Assembly (NCBI GenBank): GCA_949299015.1
Contig: CASFYT010000002.1
Location: forward strand, 50,781-114,780
DNA length: 64,000 nt
From: an uncultured Bacillota bacterium
GTDB taxonomy: Bacteria > Bacillota_I > Bacilli_A > RFN20 > CAG-288
Reading direction: 5' to 3'
The notes below the pieces were generated by a model, which saw only the letters and a program-made list of their open reading frames with translations, made no database searches and had not been told where the DNA came from. The first letter of the stretch is position 1. Each line of letters opens with the position of its first letter. The position numbers and the translations under genes were made by a program. This document shows, piece after piece, positions 58,226 to 64,000 of the stretch.

Positions 58226-59160
58226 TGGAAAGGAGGTCCAACTGGAAGGGCTGGCTCTATCTTTCGCCCGCCCTGGTCCTGATTGCGCTCTTCACCATCT
58301 TTCCGATCATCAACACGTTCATCATCTCCTTCATGAAGGACTACAACTATGCCAGCGGCGCCAACGAGGGCTTCACCTTTGACAATTATGGCATCATCCT
58401 CGGCCTGACGCCCCTGATTCCAGGGGACGATTCGACGCGCGTGACGGAGTTCATCCGTTATGCCCTTCCCAACACCCTCATCATCACGTTCGTGACGGTC
58501 CCGATTTCCGTCCTTCTCTCCCTGATGATTGCCGTCGGACTCAACCGCATCAAGAAGGTCCGAAGCTTCTTCCAGACGATCTTCTTCTTGCCTTACGTCA
58601 CGAACACGATTGCGGTCGGCATGGTATTTGCCCAGATTTTCTCTCATACAGGACTTTTCAACTCAATCTTTGGACTGGAGAATGTCTATTGGCTGGAACA
58701 AGGAATGACCACCTGGGGAAGGAGCATGTTCCTCATCTGCCTCTATGTCATCTGGACGGCCCTTCCTTTCAAGATCCTGATCTTTGCCTCGGCCCTCCAG
58801 AGCATCGACAAGCAATACTACGACGCGGCGAGGATCGACGCTTCCCCGCGTTGGAAGACGGACCTGAAGATCGTCTTCCCCCTGATCTCCCCTCAGATCC
58901 TCTACGTCTCCGTCACCTCCTTCATCTCGGGATTCAAGGAGTACAATGCCATCATCGGCCTCTTCAACCGTTCTTATACCTCCGACGGAAACCTTCATGA
59001 CCTCTATACGGTCGTCTACTATATCTACGACCAGATCCAGAGCGACAGCGCCGTCCGTCACCTCGACTATGCGGCGGCGGGTTCGGTCGTGCTCTTCGTC
59101 ATCATCTTCGCCTTCACCCTGCTTCAGATGCAGGTCAGCAAGAAGAGGATCCATTATTGA
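58225..59160 (+). CDS. ABC transporter permease (MalF/UgpA-like, first transmembrane subunit)
   Basis: 311 aa, 6 TM helices. The EAA-like loop (DKQYYDAARIDASPRW...) is present. The ATG overlaps the upstream stop (TGATG). Confidence 0.85.
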   Translation: MERRSNWKGWLYLSPALVLIALFTIFPIINTFIISFMKDYNYASGANEGFTFDNYGIILGLTPLIPGDDSTRVTEFIRYALPNTLIITFVTVPISVLLSLMIAVGLNRIKKVRSFFQTIFFLPYVTNTIAVGMVFAQIFSHTGLFNSIFGLENVYWLEQGMTTWGRSMFLICLYVIWTALPFKILIFASALQSIDKQYYDAARIDASPRWKTDLKIVFPLISPQILYVSVTSFISGFKEYNAIIGLFNRSYTSDGNLHDLYTVVYYIYDQIQSDSAVRHLDYAAAGSVVLFVIIFAFTLLQMQVSKKRIHY

Positions 59161-59162
59161 TT

Positions 59163-60131
59163 ATGGAACAGGAAATCCAGACGCACTTGAACCTGATCAT
59201 CCCTCGTCGAAAGGGAGATCTGCGGAAGACGGAGCGGAGAGACAAGGTCCTCCACGTCCTTTCCCTTGTCTTGGTCTATCTCTTCCTGGCCTTCTTCGCC
59301 TTCATCGTCCTCTTTCCCTTCTACTACATGATCGTGGCCTCCTTCATGACCGAGGACCAGCTGACGACCGGCGGATTCTTCCCGACGGACGGAAACATCC
59401 TCGAGAACATCGCCTTCAACTACTCCCATACAATCAACAACGAGGGCTTCCCCTACTTCCGCCTGGTCCTCAACACCGTGATCGTCGGCCTTGGCACGAC
59501 GTGCGGCAGCCTCGTCATCACGATCCTCTCGGCCTTTGCCTTCAGCAAGCTGGAATTCAGGGGGAGGGAAATCCTCTTCACGATCTTCCTGGCGACGATG
59601 ATGATTCCGGGCGAGATGATGGTCATCACCAACTACATCACGATGAGCACGCTCGACCTGGCCTATGCAGACCAGACGCAGTTCCAGGTCTACCTGACCT
59701 TGATCCTCCCCTTCCTCTGCAACGTCTTCTACATCTACCTCCTGCGCCAGAATTTCAAGCAGATCCCCAACGAGCTCTATCTCGCCGCCAAGGTGGACGG
59801 GAAGAGCGACTGGCAATACCTTTGGAAGGTCATGGTCCCCCTGGCCATGCCGACCCTCATCACCATCTTCATCCTGCAGTTCATCGAATCCTGGAATTCC
59901 TACGTTTGGCCCCGGACCATCATCATCAACCGGGATCCCAACTTCTCGGTCCTCTCCGTCGCTCTCCGCGGCACGGCGTTCCGCTACCTCGACCGGCTCG
60001 ACCAGTGGCGGCCGATGTACACGTGGCAGATGGCCGCGACCGTCCTGACGACCGTTCCTTTACTGATTCTTTTCATTCTCTTCCGCAAGTACATCATGCG
60101 CGGTATTGCCCGAGCTGGAATCAAGGGTTAA
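59163..60131 (+). CDS. ABC transporter permease (MalG/UgpE-like, second transmembrane subunit)
   Basis: 322 aa, 6 TM helices. The EAA loop (YLAAKVDGKSDWQYLWKVMVPLAMP) is present. The TTG at 59157 is an alternative start. Confidence 0.85.
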   Translation: MEQEIQTHLNLIIPRRKGDLRKTERRDKVLHVLSLVLVYLFLAFFAFIVLFPFYYMIVASFMTEDQLTTGGFFPTDGNILENIAFNYSHTINNEGFPYFRLVLNTVIVGLGTTCGSLVITILSAFAFSKLEFRGREILFTIFLATMMIPGEMMVITNYITMSTLDLAYADQTQFQVYLTLILPFLCNVFYIYLLRQNFKQIPNELYLAAKVDGKSDWQYLWKVMVPLAMPTLITIFILQFIESWNSYVWPRTIIINRDPNFSVLSVALRGTAFRYLDRLDQWRPMYTWQMAATVLTTVPLLILFILFRKYIMRGIARAGIKG

Positions 60132-60175
60132 AATTATTTGTCGCCAGTTTTGGCGATTGAAAAGGAGAATACAAA

Positions 60176-61774
60176 ATGAAAAGATCTGTCTGCTCTCTCC
60201 TTGCCCTCGCATCTGTTGGTCTGATCCTGGCCGGCTGCACGGAAACCTCTTCCAGCTCCACGACGACCGGTTCTGGTGAAGAGATCACCCTGACGTGGTG
60301 GAACGACTATGCCCAGACGGGAGATTCGGCGACGACCCAGCGCTATGACTACGTCCAGAGCGTCATCGAAGCCTTCGAGACGGACCATCCGAACATTCAC
60401 GTCGTCCAGGAAAACCACAACAGCTACGGCGAGATCGCCGGCGACGTCACCAACGCGCTCTCGGCGGGCGGAAGGAACCTTCCCAACATCGCCAGCGTCT
60501 ATCCCGACAACGCCGTCATCTGGGACGAGACGGAAGGAGCCGTCCTCCATCCGGAACAGTACTTCGAGGATCCGGAGATCGGCTTCGGCGATACCTATGC
60601 CGACATCCAGTCTTCGATCGAGGCGGAGAAGTCCGGCTATGGCTCGGGCCCGCTTCTGACCCTTCCCTATTCGCGTTCTTCCGAAGCGATGTTCATCAAC
60701 GAGACGGTCTTCGACAAGGTGGGAGAGGGAGCCTGCGGAAACGACAGCGACCCGGCGGTCATGGGAGACCTCGAGAAGTATACGGCTCCGATCGCGGCCT
60801 CGACCAAGGTCGCCTACGACGTCCCGACCACGTGGACGGAGATGATCGACCTGGCCCGCCAGATGAAGGCCGACTTCCCGGAGGTCTTCGCCAACCAGCG
60901 CGATTCGCAGAACATGCTTACGGCCGTCCCAATCTGCTACGACAGCGGCGACAACATGTTCATCACCTTCTGCAAGATGATGGGCATCCCCTATACCGAC
61001 GAGGCCAGCGTCCTCTTCAACAACGACGACGCCAAGCAGATGATGATCCAGCTCAAGAAGTGGAACAACGAAGGCCTGATCGGCACGGCGGACCAGCTCC
61101 CCATCACCAACGCGGAGCAGGGATGGCACGAGTACTCCACCTCGATGGTCAACTACGGCAAGGTCTTCATCCTCATCTCCTCCACCACCTCGGGCATGTA
61201 CCTGGGCGTCGACGGCTACCGTGCCGGCGTCTATCAGACCCCGACCATCGGCGGTCGGGACCTTGAGGACGCGACGTTCTCGAGCTCCGTCTCCCAGACG
61301 GGAGAGCACTACGCCATCTCCCAGGGACCTTCCCTCGTCCTCTTCGAGGGCGGTGACGAGGCAATCAACCGCGCGACCTTCGAGTTCTATACCTTCCTCA
61401 CCAACACGGAGAACGGTGCGGGCCTGAGCAACACGACGGGCTACTTCCCGGTCCGTGCCTCCTCCAACGACACGGAGGAGCTCCGCGAGATCATCGACGC
61501 GGCGGACGACACCATCACGGACAAATCCAACAGCGAGGCGGACCTGACGGCGAAGACGAACCACTACAAGGGCTGCAGCTACCAGATCAACGAGGAGTAC
61601 ATCTCCCAGAACGACTACTTCATCGCCACCATCAACGACAAGTCGGCAGCGACGCGCTCGGCCGTCGGAACCATGGTCAACACCATCTTCGACACGGTCG
61701 CCACGACCGACAGCGAGATCGAGACCCTCGTCAACAACGCCTTCCAGACTGCGTACCTCGCGTCCATCCAGTAA
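60176..61774 (+). CDS. ABC transporter substrate-binding lipoprotein (family 1 extracellular solute-binding protein, sugar/oligosaccharide type)
   Basis: Lipobox LAGC plus an S/T-rich linker; 532 aa. RBS AAAGGAGAA. It is the last gene of the ATPase-permease-permease-SBP cluster. Confidence 0.8.
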   Translation: MKRSVCSLLALASVGLILAGCTETSSSSTTTGSGEEITLTWWNDYAQTGDSATTQRYDYVQSVIEAFETDHPNIHVVQENHNSYGEIAGDVTNALSAGGRNLPNIASVYPDNAVIWDETEGAVLHPEQYFEDPEIGFGDTYADIQSSIEAEKSGYGSGPLLTLPYSRSSEAMFINETVFDKVGEGACGNDSDPAVMGDLEKYTAPIAASTKVAYDVPTTWTEMIDLARQMKADFPEVFANQRDSQNMLTAVPICYDSGDNMFITFCKMMGIPYTDEASVLFNNDDAKQMMIQLKKWNNEGLIGTADQLPITNAEQGWHEYSTSMVNYGKVFILISSTTSGMYLGVDGYRAGVYQTPTIGGRDLEDATFSSSVSQTGEHYAISQGPSLVLFEGGDEAINRATFEFYTFLTNTENGAGLSNTTGYFPVRASSNDTEELREIIDAADDTITDKSNSEADLTAKTNHYKGCSYQINEEYISQNDYFIATINDKSAATRSAVGTMVNTIFDTVATTDSEIETLVNNAFQTAYLASIQ

Positions 61775-61781
61775 GATCATG

Positions 61782-61811
61782 GACCGCTTCCGAAAGGAGG
61801 CGGTCTTTTTT
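61782..61811 (+). terminator. Rho-independent terminator after the SBP gene
   Basis: GACCGCTTCC-GAAA-GGAGGCGGTC followed by T6. Confidence 0.8.
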
Positions 61812-61841
61812 GTGGTGGAAAGTTGCTTTTTCTGCTTCCAT

Positions 61842-61866
61842 CGAAAAAGCCCTGCCGAAGCAGGGC
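61842..61866 (-). terminator. Rho-independent terminator after serS (minus strand)
   Basis: GCCCTGC-TTCG-GCAGGGC followed by TTTTTCG on the minus strand, 13 nt after the stop. Confidence 0.75.
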
Positions 61867-61878
61867 GGGGAAGGTCGA

Positions 61879-63195
61879 TCAGTGGATGATGTCCGTCCCC
61901 ATGTAGGGGCGGAGGACCTCCGGGACGGTGATGGTCCCATCGGCGTTCTGGTAGTTCTCGATGACGGCGGCGACCGTCCTTCCGACCGCGAGACCCGAGC
62001 CGTTGAGCATGTGGACGAACTCGGTCTTGCTGTCCTTGCTCCGCTTGAAGCGGATGTTCATCCTGCGGGCCTGGTAGTCGGTGTCGTTGGAGCAGGAGGA
62101 GATCTCCTTGTAGTTGTCGGTCGTGGGGACGAAGAGGCCGTCCTTCTCCTCGTAGTCGTTATAGGAAGGCATCCAGACCTCGAGGTCGTACGTCTTGGCC
62201 GAGGAGAAGCCGACGTCGCCCGTCGAGAGGCAGACCCTCCGGTAGGGGAGCTTGAGGAGCTCCAGGATTCTTTCGGCTTCTTCCGTCAGGCTTTCCAGCT
62301 CGGCGAAGGAGTTCTCCGGCAGGCAGTACTTGACCAGCTCCACCTTCTGGAACTGATGCTGGCGGATGATGCCGCGGGTATCCCTTCCGGCGGCTCCGGC
62401 CTCGGCGCGGAAGCAGGACGAATAGGCGCAGAACCACTTGGGAAGGTCCTCGGCGGCGAGGATCTCGTCCCGGTAGTAGTTGGTGACGGGGACTTCGGCC
62501 GTCGGGATCATCCAGAAGTCGCCGGGCGTGGTGTTGTAGGCCTGGTCCGCGAACTTCGGGAGCTGTCCCGAGCCGGTCAGCGAGGCGGTGTTGACCATGT
62601 AGGGAGGAAGGACTTCCGTATAGCCGGCCTTCGTGTGGGTATCGAGCATGAAGGAGGCAAGGGCCCTCTCGAGGCGGGCGAAGGCGCCGAGGTAGAAGGT
62701 GAAGCGGGTGCCGGAGACCTTGGCGGCGCGGTCGAAGTCGAAGTAGCCGAGCCTCGTCCCCAGTTCCCAGTGGGCGAGGGGCTTGAAGGAGAAGGTCGTC
62801 TTCTTTCCGACGACCTTCTCGACCCGGTTGCTCTGGTCGTCCGGTCCGATGGGAAGGGAAAGGTCGGGAAGGTTGGGCGTCTTGAGCATCATCTCGTGAA
62901 TCTCTTCCTCCGCCTTCTCGCGTTCCTTGTCGAGCCGAGCGATCTCCTCCTTGTCGAAGTTGAGCTTCGACAGGAGCTCCTCGGCCTCCTTGTCCTTCTT
63001 CTGAGCCTTGAGCTTTCCGATTTCCTTGGACTGGCTGTTCCTCTCGGCCTTGAGCTTGTCGGCTTCGAGGATGCAGTCCTTTCTCCTCTTCTCCAGGTTC
63101 GGAAGCTCCCGGAGATAGGAATAGTCTCCCGTCCGGGTCTCGAGCCGGACGATGACCTCGTCGAGGTGGTCGATCACGTATTTCACGTCGAGCAT
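61879..63195 (-). CDS. serS: Seryl-tRNA synthetase
   Basis: 438 aa. N-terminal coiled-coil arm and class II core motifs are present. RBS AAGGAGAAAA. Confidence 0.95.
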   Translation of the reverse strand: MLDVKYVIDHLDEVIVRLETRTGDYSYLRELPNLEKRRKDCILEADKLKAERNSQSKEIGKLKAQKKDKEAEELLSKLNFDKEEIARLDKEREKAEEEIHEMMLKTPNLPDLSLPIGPDDQSNRVEKVVGKKTTFSFKPLAHWELGTRLGYFDFDRAAKVSGTRFTFYLGAFARLERALASFMLDTHTKAGYTEVLPPYMVNTASLTGSGQLPKFADQAYNTTPGDFWMIPTAEVPVTNYYRDEILAAEDLPKWFCAYSSCFRAEAGAAGRDTRGIIRQHQFQKVELVKYCLPENSFAELESLTEEAERILELLKLPYRRVCLSTGDVGFSSAKTYDLEVWMPSYNDYEEKDGLFVPTTDNYKEISSCSNDTDYQARRMNIRFKRSKDSKTEFVHMLNGSGLAVGRTVAAVIENYQNADGTITVPEVLRPYMGTDIIH

Positions 63196-63237
63196 GTTTT
63201 TTCTCCTTGTTATGGGTGCGACACAATTATAGCAACA

Positions 63238-64000
63238 TCATTCTCCGTCGGCGTCGTCATCCTGCGACTTCTCGGCCCTCTGGAGCAGTTCCTTCAGGGC
63301 TTCGTCCTCGCTGGCTGGCGCTTCCTTGTCCAAGGAGGGGTCGTCCTTGGCCTCGTACTCGCTCTCTCCGGGCTCGATGGAGCAGGAGGAGATGTTCTCC
63401 TTCTCGCGCAAGGTGATGATCTTGACGCCGATGGTGTTGCGGGACATGCTGTTGACCTGGGTCAGGGTGGTCCGGATGGTCGTTCCGTGGTCGGTGATGA
63501 TGAGGATGTCCTCGTCGCCCTGGACGGTCTTGATGGCGATGAGCTTGCCGTTCTTGTCGGCGACCTTCATCGTCTTGACGCCCTTCGATCCGCGGGCCGT
63601 GACGCGGTATTCGCTGATCGGAGTGATCTTCCCGTAGCCGTTGGCCGACAGGGAGAAGATCTTGTCGCCCTCGAGCGAAGTCACCACGCCGACGACCGTC
63701 TCGCCCTCGGGGAGGTCCATGCCCCTGACGCCGGTGGCCGTCCGTCCCATGGAACGGACTTCCTTCTCGGGGAAGGTGCAGACCTTGCCTTCGGAGGATC
63801 CCAGGGAGATCAAGGCCGTGCCGTCGGTGTGCTTGACGTCGATCAGGCGGTCGCCTTCCCTCAGGGAGATGGCGATCTTTCCGTTCGAGAGGATGTTCCT
63901 GAACTCGGTGGCGCTGGAACGCTTGACGACGCCTTCCTTCGTGGCGAAGAAGAGGTAGGAGTTCTCGGAATAGTCGTCCATCGAGACGATCGAGGTGACC
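63238..64000 (-). CDS. gyrA: DNA gyrase subunit A, C-terminal beta-pinwheel domain and acidic tail (gene continues beyond the window edge)
   Basis: The minus-strand frame is open to the window edge. GyrA CTD blade repeats are present (...ETVVGVVTSLEGDKIFSLSANGYGKITP...) together with an acidic DDDADGE tail. The stop is 42 bp upstream of the serS start. Confidence 0.85.
   Translation of the reverse strand, partial: VTSIVSMDDYSENSYLFFATKEGVVKRSSATEFRNILSNGKIAISLREGDRLIDVKHTDGTALISLGSSEGKVCTFPEKEVRSMGRTATGVRGMDLPEGETVVGVVTSLEGDKIFSLSANGYGKITPISEYRVTARGSKGVKTMKVADKNGKLIAIKTVQGDEDILIITDHGTTIRTTLTQVNSMSRNTIGVKIITLREKENISSCSIEPGESEYEAKDDPSLDKEAPASEDEALKELLQRAEKSQDDDADGE

Overview
This 64-kb window is GC-rich bacterial chromosomal DNA (roughly 55-60% GC by eye, not computed). 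Gene order and regulatory grammar look Bacillota/Firmicutes-like: AGGAGG-type ribosome-binding sites, a CIRCE operator in front of groESL, the ywlC(tsaC)-rpiB and tatD-rnmV-ksgA arrangements, and Mollicutes/Erysipelotrichia-style lipoproteins with Ser/Thr-rich linkers. I am not confident about the taxon. I call about 50 protein genes under the standard genetic code, since UGA is used as a stop codon. I see no rRNA or tRNA genes, no CRISPR array, and no intact transposase, integrase or phage genes.

The backbone is housekeeping:
- gap-pgk-tpiA, eno, a phosphofructokinase, and rpiB
- groES-groEL, ftsH, uvrB, serS, and the 3' end of gyrA
- mnmE-tatD-rnmV-rsmA, ung, tdk, psuG, and a galM-like epimerase

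Interleaved with these are several envelope and glycan islands:
- a tandem pair of Ser-rich surface lipoproteins with Big_2 and discoidin-like domains
- a five-gene minus-strand operon: esterase-like hydrolase, priming phosphosugar transferase, Wzy_C/O-antigen-ligase-like membrane protein, tdk, and a P-type cation ATPase
- a 1138-aa YfhO-family membrane glycosyltransferase whose stop codon overlaps the start of the phosphofructokinase gene; it is divergent from a second Wzy_C-like protein, a small membrane protein and feoAB
- a secreted GH2 glycosidase of 1379 aa plus a Big_2/discoidin lipoprotein
- a GH43 lipoprotein next to a MalK-type ABC importer whose ATPase carries an insertion of roughly 140 aa

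The most interesting candidate for an undescribed system is a surface-glycosylation apparatus: YfhO, two Wzy_C paralogs and a priming transferase, together with the many lipoproteins carrying S/T-rich spacers. That link is an inference, not something the sequence demonstrates.

Other notable points:
- an orphan vsr gene translationally coupled to a Nudix gene
- an FtsH with an enlarged extracytoplasmic loop and a C-terminal extension of about 165 aa
- a two-HTH protein resembling the N-terminus of IS3 OrfA, wedged between ftsH and tsaC
- a leaderless-looking mnmE with an extended -10 element
- tandem RDD-family paralogs downstream of a Zn-ribbon membrane protein

Many very long antisense ORFs in the six-frame track are GC-content artefacts and are rejected.
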